Positions 17,479-27,243 of a DNA stretch of 64,000 nt are shown in pieces. The translations under genes were made by a program, and so were the position numbers. The DNA is taken from the NCBI GenBank assembly GCA_021780215.1, contig JAJXZD010000174.1:3286-67285 (forward strand). The letters run 5' to 3'. Below the pieces are notes generated by a model. It made no database searches, was not told the DNA's origin, and saw only the letters and a list, made by a program, of their open reading frames with translations. This stretch comes from Acidobacteriota bacterium (lineage in GTDB: Bacteria > Acidobacteriota > Terriglobia > Acidiferrales > UBA7541). Within the stretch, counting starts at the first letter, position 1. The number at the start of each line of letters is the position of its first letter.

Positions 17479-18774
17479 TCAGCCCAGGCACACGCGCAGC
17501 GCATCTGTGACGCAATCATGGACAGAATGCAGCTCCTCGGAGGTAATCACATACGGAGGCAGAATGTAAATAATATTTCCGAGCGGGCGCAGCAGGACCC
17601 CTGCGTCGAGGAAAAATCTGTAGAGGATCGGACGCAGCCGCGAGGAATATCCCGGGTCGCTGGCGCGCAATTCGACGGCGGCCATGGTGCCGATCGAGCG
17701 CACGTCGCCCACGGCCGGGTGGTTGCGAATGGCGTCCAGCCGCTGGCGGTGAATTTCTGCGATTGTGCCGATGCGTTCAAACACCGGCTCGCTCTCGAAG
17801 ATTCCCAGGCTTGCCGCTCCCGCGGCCGCCGCGATGGGGTTTCCCGTGTAGGAATGGCCGTGGTAGAAGGTGCGGCCCGGACCTGCGAAAGCCTCTTGGA
17901 TCTCCGTCGTGCAAATCGTGGCGCCCATCGGCAGTACCCCGCCGGTGAGGCCCTTCGACAGGCACAGCAGATCGGGGACCACCCCCGCAATCTCGCACGC
18001 GAACATCTTGCCGCAGCGCCCGAATCCGGTGAGCACCTCGTCGGCAATCAGCAGAACGCCGTACTCGCTGCATAGCCGCCGCACTCGCTGCAAAAATTCC
18101 ACCGGATGGACGATCATTCCACCTGCGCCTTGCAGCAGCGGTTCGACGATCACCGCAGCGATTTGCCCGTGCTTTTCCTCGAGCAGATGGCGCAGTTTTC
18201 CGGTGCAATCAATGTCGCATTCCGCGCGCGTATTTCCCACCGGGCACCGGAAGCAATAGGCGGAATGGACGCGGTGCACGGGGAAGAGCATGCTCCGGAA
18301 TCCCTCCGTGAAGTCGGACTCCGCCCCGACGGACATCGCCCCGGCCGTGTCGCCATGATAGGCATGGTCGAGAGCGACGATCTCCTTCTTTTCCGGCCGG
18401 CCCGTGTTCTTCCAGTACTGCACCGCCATCTTGAGGGCTACCTCCACGGCGGTCGAACCGTCGTCAGAGAAGAAGATGTGGGTGAGGGGGGCCGGCAGGA
18501 AAGCCCGAAGGCGCGCCGCCAGCTCCTCAGCGGCCGGATGCGTGAAGCCGGCGAGGAGAACATGGTCAACCTTCGCGGCCTGCGCGGCAATTGCCTCCAC
18601 GATGGCCGGATGGCCGTGCCCGTGCAGGTTTACCCACCACGAGGAGATCGCGTCAATCAGCCGCCGGCCGTCATCCGTGTAGAGATAGACGCCTTCCGCT
18701 TTTCGAACCCGAAGCGGAGCCGGATCGAGCGCGCGGTTCGTGAATGGATGCCAGATTTGCAGCGGCGCGTTCAT
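17479..18774 (-). CDS. bioA: Adenosylmethionine-8-amino-7-oxononanoate aminotransferase
   Basis: 431 aa. Has the class-III aminotransferase pattern SSWWVNLHGHGHP. It lies in the bioB-F-D-A gene order and overlaps bioD by 4 nt. Confidence 0.9.
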   Translation of the reverse strand: MNAPLQIWHPFTNRALDPAPLRVRKAEGVYLYTDDGRRLIDAISSWWVNLHGHGHPAIVEAIAAQAAKVDHVLLAGFTHPAAEELAARLRAFLPAPLTHIFFSDDGSTAVEVALKMAVQYWKNTGRPEKKEIVALDHAYHGDTAGAMSVGAESDFTEGFRSMLFPVHRVHSAYCFRCPVGNTRAECDIDCTGKLRHLLEEKHGQIAAVIVEPLLQGAGGMIVHPVEFLQRVRRLCSEYGVLLIADEVLTGFGRCGKMFACEIAGVVPDLLCLSKGLTGGVLPMGATICTTEIQEAFAGPGRTFYHGHSYTGNPIAAAAGAASLGIFESEPVFERIGTIAEIHRQRLDAIRNHPAVGDVRSIGTMAAVELRASDPGYSSRLRPILYRFFLDAGVLLRPLGNIIYILPPYVITSEELHSVHDCVTDALRVCLG

Positions 18775-19412
18775 GCGAGGAAGGCCTTGTAGTCGAAGTG
18801 CCTGCGGAACGCATCGAGAAGCGTCGTGCGATGAAGCGATCGCAGGCGGGGCACGCGGCCGAGGATGGGTGCGCAGCCGTATTTCTCGATGGCCGCGGCA
18901 TTTTCCGGGTTCGCTGGGCCGGAAAAAATCACCCCGCGAACCGGAATCTTTGCGGCGCGCAGAATGGCGAGAGAGAGCAGCGTGTGGTTGATCGTGCCGA
19001 GCGAGGTCCGCGACACCAGCAGCGCGGGCAGGCGCAGATGGCGCATCAGGTCGGTCATGAACTGCGTTTCATTGATGGGCACCAGGACGCCGCCTGCCCC
19101 TTCGGCAATCAGATTGTCGCCTTGGGCGAGAGGTGGCATTTTGACCTCGCTCAAGCGGATGCGTACCCCCGCGCGGCGCGCGGCCAGGTGCGGCGAGACA
19201 GGTGGTGCGAAGCGGTAGCGCTCCGGAAGGGCGCGTTCGATTGGCAGGCCTGCCAGGCGAACTACGGTTTCCCGGTCCGTACCTTCTATCGTGCCCGTCT
19301 GGATCGGCTTCCAATACACGGCATCGAGTGCGGCGCAGAGCAGCGCGCAGACAGTGGTCTTGCCGACTCCCGTGTCGGTTCCCGTTACGAAAAAGCGGCT
19401 AGACATGGGCAA
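18771..19412 (-). CDS. bioD: Dethiobiotin synthase
   Basis: 213 aa with the N-terminal P-loop FVTGTDTGVGKT. It overlaps both neighbouring genes. Confidence 0.9.
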   Translation of the reverse strand: MPMSSRFFVTGTDTGVGKTTVCALLCAALDAVYWKPIQTGTIEGTDRETVVRLAGLPIERALPERYRFAPPVSPHLAARRAGVRIRLSEVKMPPLAQGDNLIAEGAGGVLVPINETQFMTDLMRHLRLPALLVSRTSLGTINHTLLSLAILRAAKIPVRGVIFSGPANPENAAAIEKYGCAPILGRVPRLRSLHRTTLLDAFRRHFDYKAFLA

Positions 19413-20586
19413 CGCCGGCGAACGTCCTCCTCCCTGATTGCCACGCCGCTTCCGCCCCGGCGATGAGGCGCCGGATATCCTCCTGCAAAATTCGGCTGGT
19501 CAGGGAAACGCGAATGCGCGCCGTGCCCGCGGGCACAGTGGGTGGACGGATTGCCTTCACTCCGAATCCAAGGCGCTGCAATTCGGCGGCCATGTGCAGG
19601 GCCATTTCGTTGCTACCGAGAAGGATGGGCACAATATGCGTGGAGCTGGTTCCGCAGGGAATTCCTGCGGCGGTCAGGCCCTTGCGCAAGGCCATCGAGA
19701 TGGCGCGCAAATGAGCGCGTTCAGCGTCCGCCGCGCGCGCCAGGCCGAGGGCCGCCTCGATCTGCCGCGCCAAATAGGGCGGCATGGCCGTGCCGAAAAT
19801 GAACGTCCGCGCGTGGTTGATGAGATAGTTTCGGAGCATCTTCCCGCCGCAGACGAATCCGCCAGCGCTCGCCAGAGCCTTCCCGCATGTGTGGACGATG
19901 GCGAGAACATTCCTTTCTGCGCCCAACTCCGCCGCGATTCCCCGGCCCCGTGGGCCGCGTGTGCCGGTGGCGTGCGCTTCGTCAAGGACGATCTCCGCCC
20001 CATGATCGCGGGCGAGCCGGAGCAGGTCCTCCAGTGGGGCAACATCGCCCTCCATGCTGAACACGGTTTCGCTGACAATCACGCGGGCGCCCGTCCCGCC
20101 GGAATGCTGGCGCAGGGCATGGGCGAGATACTCGGTATCGCGGTGGGGATAGATCACCTTGGTAGCGCCGGAAATTCGCATCCCGTCAATCAAGCTCGCG
20201 TGGTTCAGCGCATCGGAGAAGACCACGTCGCCCGGCTTCAGAAGGGACCCGAGCAGTCCGAGGTTCGCGGCGTAGCCGGAAGTGAAGTAGAGAGCTGCCT
20301 CCGTGCCGGAATACTCCGCGAAAGCGGATTCCAGTGCGGCCCACTCCGGCGCATTGCCGGAAAGAAGCCGGGAACCCGTCCCTCCGATGGCGGCGCTCTC
20401 CGCCAGCGCGCTGGCCACTGCTTGCTTGAGCCGTGGATCGTAAGCAAGGCCGAGATAATCATTCGAGCAGAGATTGATGCCCGGGGCCGTCTCAAGAGTG
20501 CGAAATTGCGACTTCTCGCGCAGCGAGTCGAGATCCGCTTCGATGCGGCGGCGCAGGACGGGGCCGCGATCTGCCGGTTCGGTCAT
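19399..20586 (-). CDS. bioF: 8-amino-7-oxononanoate synthase
   Basis: 395 aa. The alpha-oxoamine synthase pattern SNDYLGL is present, and the context is the bio operon. Confidence 0.9.
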   Translation of the reverse strand: MTEPADRGPVLRRRIEADLDSLREKSQFRTLETAPGINLCSNDYLGLAYDPRLKQAVASALAESAAIGGTGSRLLSGNAPEWAALESAFAEYSGTEAALYFTSGYAANLGLLGSLLKPGDVVFSDALNHASLIDGMRISGATKVIYPHRDTEYLAHALRQHSGGTGARVIVSETVFSMEGDVAPLEDLLRLARDHGAEIVLDEAHATGTRGPRGRGIAAELGAERNVLAIVHTCGKALASAGGFVCGGKMLRNYLINHARTFIFGTAMPPYLARQIEAALGLARAADAERAHLRAISMALRKGLTAAGIPCGTSSTHIVPILLGSNEMALHMAAELQRLGFGVKAIRPPTVPAGTARIRVSLTSRILQEDIRRLIAGAEAAWQSGRRTFAGVAHV

Positions 20587-20607
20587 TTCAATCTCCGGTT
20601 GACCCCT

Positions 20608-21555
20608 TCATTTCGCGGCTCTCATGCCGAGGCTCGCCAGCAGCCGTTCGTCGTCGTCCGGTTCGGGATTGGGAGTAGTGAGAAGCCTTTCGCCGGTAAA
20701 GATGGAATTGGCTCCGGCCAGAAGACAGAGTGCTACCGCTTCGCTTGACATCTCGCCGCGCCCGGCGGCAAGCCGCACGCGGGATGCCGGCATCAGAATC
20801 CGGGCGGTGGCAATGGTGCGGACCATCACCAGCGGGTCAAGCGCCGGAGCTGCGGCGAGCGGTGTGCCCGCGTTGGGCACCAGCATGTTGATGGGGACGC
20901 TTTCCGGATGAGGATCGAGCCGCGCGAGCTGGTGGAGCAGGCCAATGCGGTCTTCGTCGGATTCGCCCATTCCCAGGATGCCGCCGCAGCAGACCGTGAT
21001 GCCCGCCTTGCGGACGTGGGCAATGGTTTGCAGACGGTCATCGTAGGTGCGCGTGGTGACGATCTGCCCATAGAATTCCGGGGAAGTGTCGAGATTATGG
21101 TTGTAGGCCGTCAGCCCGGCCTCCTTCAGCCGCCCAGCTTGCGATTCCGTAAGCAGGCCCAGCGTGCAGCAGACCTCCATGTTCAGGGCCGCCACGCCGC
21201 GGACCATTTCGAGCAGGGTGTCGAATTCCCGGCCCTCGGGGGCTTGCCGCCATGCCGCTCCCATGCAGAAGCGGGTGGCGCCTTCGTCTTTGGCCCGCCG
21301 CGCAGCCTCGACCACTCCGGAAGGATCCATGAGCGGCTCGCGGGCCACGCCGGTCTTGTAATGGGCGCTCTGCGAACAATAGGCGCAATCTTCCGGACAC
21401 CCGCCGGTTTTGATGGAGAGAAGGCGGCACATCTGCACTTCCTCGGGCTGGTGAAACTGCCGATGAGCCCGTTGGGCCTGATAGACCAGCTCGGGAAAGG
21501 GCAGGTGGTAAATCTTCCGTATTTCGTCCCGGGTCCAGTCATGGCGAATCTGCAT
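20608..21555 (-). CDS. bioB: Biotin synthase (radical SAM)
   Basis: Internal ATG at 21555 ([16 protein letters not shown]) of ORF 20608-21663. The radical-SAM motif is [11 protein letters not shown]. Confidence 0.9.
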   Translation of the reverse strand: MQIRHDWTRDEIRKIYHLPFPELVYQAQRAHRQFHQPEEVQMCRLLSIKTGGCPEDCAYCSQSAHYKTGVAREPLMDPSGVVEAARRAKDEGATRFCMGAAWRQAPEGREFDTLLEMVRGVAALNMEVCCTLGLLTESQAGRLKEAGLTAYNHNLDTSPEFYGQIVTTRTYDDRLQTIAHVRKAGITVCCGGILGMGESDEDRIGLLHQLARLDPHPESVPINMLVPNAGTPLAAAPALDPLVMVRTIATARILMPASRVRLAAGRGEMSSEAVALCLLAGANSIFTGERLLTTPNPEPDDDERLLASLGMRAAK

Positions 21556-21754
21556 GGGCAAGAGTCCTCGTTTCCGCATTCCAAGATAGCAGAATGCGCC
21601 CTGCGGAGACGCGCGAAATGGCTGGCTGCGGCATGTCGCGGTCCGGCCTTTCGATTTCTGCATATCATACGCACATCTGGTTTAGGATGTTCGGCGCCAC
21701 GCCATGGAGTGGCCGTGCACGGACTATCCGTACCCATGGGGCGGGAGGGTTTAC

Positions 21755-22795
21755 ATGAACATCCAAGATTTGGTTCGTCTGCCCAGCACCGATCCCGCCG
21801 ACCTCTTCCGAGCGCGGGACGCGCTGTTCGGCCCGGAATTGCTGGGCGCTGCGGTGATTGGCCTGGATTTCTTTACTTGGATCGCCGGGTCCCCGGTCAC
21901 TGCGAAGTCCGTGTGCGAATCGCTTGGGCTTGCCGAACGCCCCGCGGATGTGATGCTCACGCTGTTTTGTGCCATGGGCTTGCTCGAGAAGCGGGCTGGG
22001 GTCTTTCATGCGACGCAGAAGGCCCGCGAATTCCTGGTGCGCGATTCCCCGTGGTATCTGGGGCCGTTCTATGCCTCGTTTGCCGAGCGGCCGGTGTGCC
22101 AGAGCCTGCTGCGGCTGCTACGCACCGGGAAACCTTCGCTGCCCTCGGGAAACATGGCGCGAAAGCCCTGGGCTGAGGCGATGAAAGACCAAACTTATGC
22201 TCAGGAATTCACCGGGATCATGGATGCGCGGGGCCTGTATCTGGGGCCCATCCTGGCGCGGAGGCTGGACCTGCGCGTGCACCGCCGCCTGCTTGATATT
22301 GCCGGAGGCTCCGGAATCTACGCGTGCTGCATTGTCGCGGGGCATCCGCACATGAAAGCCACTGTCTTCGAAAGGCCGCCCGTAGACCAGGTGACGCGGG
22401 AGTGCATTGCCCGGCGCGGCTGCGATGCCCGCGTAGATGTTGCCTCGGGAGACATGTTCGCCGGGCCGCTGGCCCCGGGATGCGATGTCCACCTGTGGTC
22501 CAACGCGCTGCACGACTGGGACGCGCCGACGGTGAAAATGCTGCTCGGAAAATCGTTCGCGGCCCTGCCGCCCAATGGCATGGTGGTGATTCATGACGGG
22601 CATATCAACCGCGAAAAGACGGGCCCGCTGGAAGTGGCGGCATACTCCGCGTTCTTGATGTCTTCGACGGAGGGGAAGTGCTATTCGGTCGGAGAAATCG
22701 AGGCCATCCTCGGTGAAATCGGCTATGTGGGGCCGTGCTTCCAAGAGATCGCCGTGGATCACAGCATCATCACGGCCCGGAGGCCCTCCGCCTAG
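21755..22795 (+). CDS. Class I SAM-dependent O-methyltransferase (COMT-like family 2 with an N-terminal dimerisation domain)
   Basis: The ATG at 21755 is preceded by GGGAGGG. The SAM-binding motif is LLDIAGGSGIY. The product is 346 aa. It is divergent from bioB. Confidence 0.7.
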   Translation: MNIQDLVRLPSTDPADLFRARDALFGPELLGAAVIGLDFFTWIAGSPVTAKSVCESLGLAERPADVMLTLFCAMGLLEKRAGVFHATQKAREFLVRDSPWYLGPFYASFAERPVCQSLLRLLRTGKPSLPSGNMARKPWAEAMKDQTYAQEFTGIMDARGLYLGPILARRLDLRVHRRLLDIAGGSGIYACCIVAGHPHMKATVFERPPVDQVTRECIARRGCDARVDVASGDMFAGPLAPGCDVHLWSNALHDWDAPTVKMLLGKSFAALPPNGMVVIHDGHINREKTGPLEVAAYSAFLMSSTEGKCYSVGEIEAILGEIGYVGPCFQEIAVDHSIITARRPSA

Positions 22796-22848
22796 GCGCG
22801 CCGGGAAGCTGAGACGTTTGCCAGGAAGATCGGCGGGCCAGACTTGTT

Positions 22849-24039
22849 TTAGCGCGATGAGGCCGTCACGGTCTTTCGTGCGGCGCGAGCGCGTTCCAGT
22901 TCCGCCAGGCCTTCGAGAAGGTCTTCCACCAGATCTTCCGTTCCCTCGCATCCGGGAGACAGGCGGATCAGCGTGTCGGAAAGGCCGAGCTCGGCCCGGG
23001 CCTCCGCAGGGATCGAGGCGTGCGTCATCGTGGCCGGATGGCAGATCAGCGCCTTCACTCCGCCAAGGCTTTCGCCCAGCGTGAAATAACGCCGTGAGGA
23101 GATGAAGGAAACGACTTCCTCCTTGCTGCCCTCCAGCTCAAAGGAGACCATGCCGCCAAAGCCAGTCATCTGGCGACGGGCAACGTCGTGTCCCGGATGG
23201 CTGGGCAATCCGGGGAAGTACACGCGGCGGACCAGCGGATGGGCCTTCAGCGCATTGGCAATCGCCGTTGCGTTCTGCTCGTGCCTCGCCATTCTCAATT
23301 CCAGCGTCTTGAGGCCCCGCAGGGTCAGCCAGCAGTCAAAAGGCGACGGCACCGCTCCCGTGGCATTCTGCAGGAACTTGATCGGCTCGAAGACCGCCGG
23401 ATCCTTGGCGAGCGCGGCCCCTTGGATGGTGTCCGAATGGCCGGCCAGATACTTTGTCACGCTGTGCACGACGATATCGGCACCCAGCGCGAAGGGCTGC
23501 TGGAAACAGGGAGTGGCAAAGGTGTTGTCTACCACTACCAGGGCGCCCCGCGCGTGAGCCAAGCGGGCAACGGCGGCGATGTCGTTGATAAGCAGGCGCG
23601 GATTGGTTGGGCTCTCGAGCCAGACCAGGCGCGTGCGTGCCGAAAGGGCTTCCTCAACCGCCGACGTGTTGCTGGTATCAATTTGCCGTGGGACGACGCC
23701 AATCGGCTGAAACACCCTGTTCAGGATGCGATAGGTGCCGCCATAGACGTCCAGCGGCATGATGACCTCATCGCCCGGGCGAAGATAGGCTTGCAGGACG
23801 GCGTTCTCCGCTGCGAGGCCCGACGAAAATACCGCCGCATGCTTGACCCCCTCGAGTTCGGCGAGCACCGCTTCGAGCCGCTCCCGCGTGGGATTGTTCG
23901 TGCGGGAATACGAGTAGCCTTTATCCTGGCCGGGTGCTTCCTGTTCGTAAGTCGAGGTCTGGAAAATCGGAGCGACCAGCGCTCCTGTTTCCGGTTCGGA
24001 AGGCTGGCCGGCGTGAATCGTCTTCGTAGCAAATTTCAT
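22849..24039 (-). CDS. Cys/Met-metabolism PLP enzyme (cystathionine gamma-synthase, gamma-lyase or beta-lyase family)
   Basis: 396 aa. Contains TKTIHAGQ..PIFQTSTY..YSRTNNPTR and SVTKYLAGHSD (the PLP lysine). A SAM-I riboswitch precedes it, which argues for a methionine-biosynthesis role. Confidence 0.85.
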   Translation of the reverse strand: MKFATKTIHAGQPSEPETGALVAPIFQTSTYEQEAPGQDKGYSYSRTNNPTRERLEAVLAELEGVKHAAVFSSGLAAENAVLQAYLRPGDEVIMPLDVYGGTYRILNRVFQPIGVVPRQIDTSNTSAVEEALSARTRLVWLESPTNPRLLINDIAAVARLAHARGALVVVDNTFATPCFQQPFALGADIVVHSVTKYLAGHSDTIQGAALAKDPAVFEPIKFLQNATGAVPSPFDCWLTLRGLKTLELRMARHEQNATAIANALKAHPLVRRVYFPGLPSHPGHDVARRQMTGFGGMVSFELEGSKEEVVSFISSRRYFTLGESLGGVKALICHPATMTHASIPAEARAELGLSDTLIRLSPGCEGTEDLVEDLLEGLAELERARAARKTVTASSR

Positions 24040-24226
24040 GGCATCACTCCCTGAAGCGCTGAATGCGGCGCGCGGGCCATCAGGTACGGGTTAGGCTGCG
24101 CTTCCGCCTCGAATGCGCTCCCCGCTGGTGTTGCGGGGTCCGCGTCCTGCGAAAACTCGTATCTTTATCAAATGCAGTTTGGGAGTTGAATCTTCAATCG
24201 GCCGGAGAAGCCGGCCAGTTGAGGAT

Positions 24227-24322
24227 CTTATCTCTCCCCACTGGGCAGGAATTAGCACCTTGGCTCTTGCACCAGGTTGCTGTGGCGTCCCCGGGCCTGT
24301 CCCCTCGGCCACTCTGGATAAG
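24227..24322 (-). promoter_or_regulatory. SAM-I (S-box) riboswitch aptamer in the 5' leader of the Cys/Met PLP enzyme gene
   Basis: The minus-strand RNA reads CUUAUCCAGAGUGGCCGAGGGGACAGGCCCGGGGACGCCACAGCAACCUGGUGCAAGAGCCAAGGUGCUAAUUCCUGCCCAGUGGGGAGAGAUAAG. It matches the conserved SAM-I blocks UUAUC.AGAG.GG..GAGGGA..GGCCC...GCAACC...GGUGCUAAUUCC...AGAUAAG. P1 closes as CUUAUC/GAUAAG. Confidence 0.8.
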
Positions 24323-24553
24323 CGCTGCCGGTCTGGCAGCGGGAAAATCGTAGCAAAAGCCGGAAACACGGTCAAGGCTCAGACTCACCGGCTTGGATTG
24401 GCCGTCGTCCTCTTAACGGGCTCTTGGGATATTGGGGTAGCTGGACGGTAATTCCCTCGCGTCCTAGGCTCTCAAATCATTGGACATCGGAGGAAGGCCC
24501 GGCTCTAATTGAATCAGGAAGGGATGGGCGTAAAGAGGGCTGGGGGAGCAGGC

Positions 24554-25252
24554 ATGAGACATGCAATATTCGTGTTCGGACTCGTAATGGCCCTATCCAT
24601 GGGCGCCAAGGCTCAAACGGGCCAACTGGCCCCACAAGGAAACGAAGCCGCGAAGTCGTTCGCCCTGACTGACGATTGGGAAGCCGGCCAACTCTTTGCC
24701 GTGGTCTCGTACCCTGCGCCAGAAGCCATGCCCGCCGCCTTCGCGGAGCCCTCGAGCGCTCCCGCCGAACCTCAAGGGGTTTACGGAGTCTTCCAGGAAT
24801 ATGATTGGCAGGCCTATGGCGGCTATACATTCATCCGGTTTCTTGAAGTTCCCGGGACCACGATCAACATGAACGGGTTTGACTTCTCCGTTGCCTATTC
24901 CCCGAACGGAAAATGGTTTGGACTGGAAGGAGCGCTTACGACGGGATTCGGGTCCTCTGCCGGGGTCAACTCACAATTGGTCGTCGGGATGGGCGGTCCG
25001 CGGCTTCGCTGGGCCACGGGGCGGGGAATTGATTTTTGGGTGCATGGGCTGGCAGGTGGAGCGCGTCTGACGCCCCAGACGCCCTACGGGAGCGGGGAGT
25101 CCTTCAGCTACGAGCTCGGCGGAGGAGTGGACCTCACCCGGCGCCATCAGCGCATCTCCTACCGAATCGAAGGAGATATGGTCGGGACCCTCCTTTTCGG
25201 CACCTATCAGGATAGCCCGAAGATTTCGGCGGGAATCGTTTATAGGTTCTAG
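24554..25252 (+). CDS. Small outer-membrane beta-barrel protein (OmpW/OmpA-barrel-like)
   Basis: The ATG at 24554 (MRHAIFVFGLVMALSMGAKAQ) follows GGGGGAG. The sequence shows alternating beta-strand patterns and ends in GIVYRF, with a terminal Phe. Confidence 0.65.
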   Translation: MRHAIFVFGLVMALSMGAKAQTGQLAPQGNEAAKSFALTDDWEAGQLFAVVSYPAPEAMPAAFAEPSSAPAEPQGVYGVFQEYDWQAYGGYTFIRFLEVPGTTINMNGFDFSVAYSPNGKWFGLEGALTTGFGSSAGVNSQLVVGMGGPRLRWATGRGIDFWVHGLAGGARLTPQTPYGSGESFSYELGGGVDLTRRHQRISYRIEGDMVGTLLFGTYQDSPKISAGIVYRF

Positions 25253-25266
25253 GCGCCTGCTCGTCC

Positions 25267-25749
25267 TTACAGCTTATAGCCCATCTTTCGGACGAACTCA
25301 TGACGCCGGTTTGTGTCCTCGGCGTTCTCCACGCCCTTCGGTGAATTGCCGTCCACCACGCCAAGAATGGCGCATCCCTGCTCCGTCCGGGCGAGGATGA
25401 CCTCGACCGGATTGGCCGTGGCGCAAAAAATCGTGCAGACCTCGAAGCAGTCCCGGACGCGGCTGAGCAGATTGATGGGATACGCGTTGCGCACCAGCAG
25501 GACGAAGGCATGGCCCGCCGCGGTGGCCAGCGCATTCGCAACGGCGGCCTGACGCAGTTCCTCGTCATTCGCTTCCACGCGGACCAGGCAGGGGCCGGAG
25601 GCCTCATTGAACGCAACGGCGAATTTCGCTCCCGGAACCGTGTTCACCACAACCTCGAAGAGGTCCTCGGCGGTCTTGATAAAGTGCGAATGGCCGAGAA
25701 TCAGATTGGCGCCCTCAGGAGTCTTCATCGGCACGCTCAATAGTTCCAT
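25267..25749 (-). CDS. Adenosine-specific-kinase-like protein (family I recall as Pfam PF04008/DUF355)
   Basis: 160 aa. The family was recognised from memory from LILGHSHFIKTAEDL and the overall pattern. It was not verified by a search. Confidence 0.55.
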   Translation of the reverse strand: MELLSVPMKTPEGANLILGHSHFIKTAEDLFEVVVNTVPGAKFAVAFNEASGPCLVRVEANDEELRQAAVANALATAAGHAFVLLVRNAYPINLLSRVRDCFEVCTIFCATANPVEVILARTEQGCAILGVVDGNSPKGVENAEDTNRRHEFVRKMGYKL

Positions 25750-25990
25750 TTTTCATTCCTCGCTGGATGAAATGTTCCACAATTGGGACGAATAGGTGCG
25801 GGCCGGACGACCGCCAGGACAAAAGCCCAGCGTTGGCAACGCGAAGGCATCGGATTGGAGCATGGCTCAATGGCAAGATGCGTGCAAGGACACTATTTGA
25901 AGCGTTTGCAGCGTGCCCGCATCAAAAGTAACAGAGGCGGCGCGGCACATAACTGGCAGCAGCCCGCAAGCAAGGGACTGGACCGGGACA

Positions 25991-26230
25991 ATGCTTGTGA
26001 AAACTCTCCAGCAAGCGAAGCGATATCTTCGCATCGTCTTCGGCTTTACGCTTCTGACCATCGGTGTCGTCATGATCGTAACTCCGGGTCCAGGCTGGCT
26101 GATAATTTTTCTCGGGCTGGGGATACTGGCTGCCGAATTTGTCTGGGCGCGCCGCCTCCTTGACCGGTTTAAGAAGCAGGGCGAGCGCCTCCGTGCTTCC
26201 GTGTTTCCTCCGGCCAACCCCGCCGATTGA
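25991..26230 (+). CDS. PGPGW-motif small membrane protein
   Basis: Internal ATG at 25991. The sequence LTIGVVMIVTPGPGWLIIFLGLGILAAEFVWARR is the PGPGW transmembrane signature. Confidence 0.6.
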   Translation: MLVKTLQQAKRYLRIVFGFTLLTIGVVMIVTPGPGWLIIFLGLGILAAEFVWARRLLDRFKKQGERLRASVFPPANPAD

Positions 26231-26370
26231 TTTCCGCCTTATCTCCTTTGCCGATTTCCGGCCTTTACCGGGTATAGTTTCATGACATCGGGTGGGCGTG
26301 CCTGCTGTGTTTCATGCCCGGCGGCGTTTCCGCGGGCCGAATAGGCCGAACCACCAGGACGGAGGATTTC

Positions 26371-27201
26371 GTGGCAGGCGATTCCACAAGACAACCGATC
26401 AAGCGTTGGGCAGGCAAATGGGCACTGGTGACCGGAGCAAGCGCTGGCATCGGTGTGGCGCTGGCGGAGCAATTGGCCGAGGGGGGAGCGCACCTAGTGC
26501 TGACGGCCCGGCGGACAGACCGGCTGCAAAGGCTGGCGTCTGACCTGGCGGCCACCTATGGCGTCCGGACCGAGGTGTTTCCCGCCGACCTGGTCCGCCC
26601 GGAAGCGCCAGCGCAAATCCGGGTGTTCACCGCCGAAAAGGGAATCGCCGTCGAACTGCTGGTGAACAACGCGGGCTTCGGAGCCTTCGGCTACCACCAT
26701 GAAATCTCCGAATCCCGACTGCAGGACATGATTTACGTGAATTGTGCAGCGGTGGCTCAGCTCACGCACATCTACCTCCCAGAAATGATCCAGCGGCGCA
26801 GCGGGGACATCCTCATCGTGGCCTCGACGGCGGCGTTTCAGGCCGTGCCTTTCATTTCGGCGTATGCGGCGACCAAGGCCTTCGATCTGATCTTCGCGGA
26901 AGGAATCGCGGAGGAGGTCCGGCCGTTCGGCATTCGCGTCTGCGCACTGTGTCCGGGCTCAACCAACACGGAATTTCAGCGAGTCGCGGAGCAGCCGGAC
27001 CGGGTGTTCCGTTACGCCGAGACGGCGGAGAAAGTGGCGCGAACGGGCCTGCAGGGATTGGCGCATGGCAGGACGTGTGTGGTCTCCGGGGGAGGGAACC
27101 GGGCGATGGTCATGGCGGAGCGGCTGGCGCCGCGCAGCTTCGTCGCCAAGATGGCCGCCAGGGTGATGCGGCCCGAGGGCGGGCCAGGAAAACCTGCCTG
27201 A
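26371..27201 (+). CDS. Short-chain dehydrogenase/reductase (SDR)
   Basis: TGASAGIG is the cofactor-binding motif and YAATKAF is the YxxxK catalytic motif. I prefer the GTG at 26371 because GGAGG lies 5 nt upstream. The ORF-track start is 26314. Confidence 0.8.
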   Translation: MAGDSTRQPIKRWAGKWALVTGASAGIGVALAEQLAEGGAHLVLTARRTDRLQRLASDLAATYGVRTEVFPADLVRPEAPAQIRVFTAEKGIAVELLVNNAGFGAFGYHHEISESRLQDMIYVNCAAVAQLTHIYLPEMIQRRSGDILIVASTAAFQAVPFISAYAATKAFDLIFAEGIAEEVRPFGIRVCALCPGSTNTEFQRVAEQPDRVFRYAETAEKVARTGLQGLAHGRTCVVSGGGNRAMVMAERLAPRSFVAKMAARVMRPEGGPGKPA

Positions 27202-27243
27202 GACCATCCGGGACCGGTTTGTCCGTCAGAGGCGACTACTCTC

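Noticed and set aside
19438-22176. 436-aa and 422-aa plus-strand ORFs across bioF and bioB.
   Set aside because: They lie antisense to clearly recognisable bioF and bioB and have junk-like composition.
21755-22795. The divergent methyltransferase as the missing BioC.
   Set aside because: At 346 aa with an N-terminal dimerisation-type domain, it looks like the COMT-like O-methyltransferase family. BioC proteins are shorter, single-domain class I methyltransferases. I cannot exclude a functional substitution without experiments.
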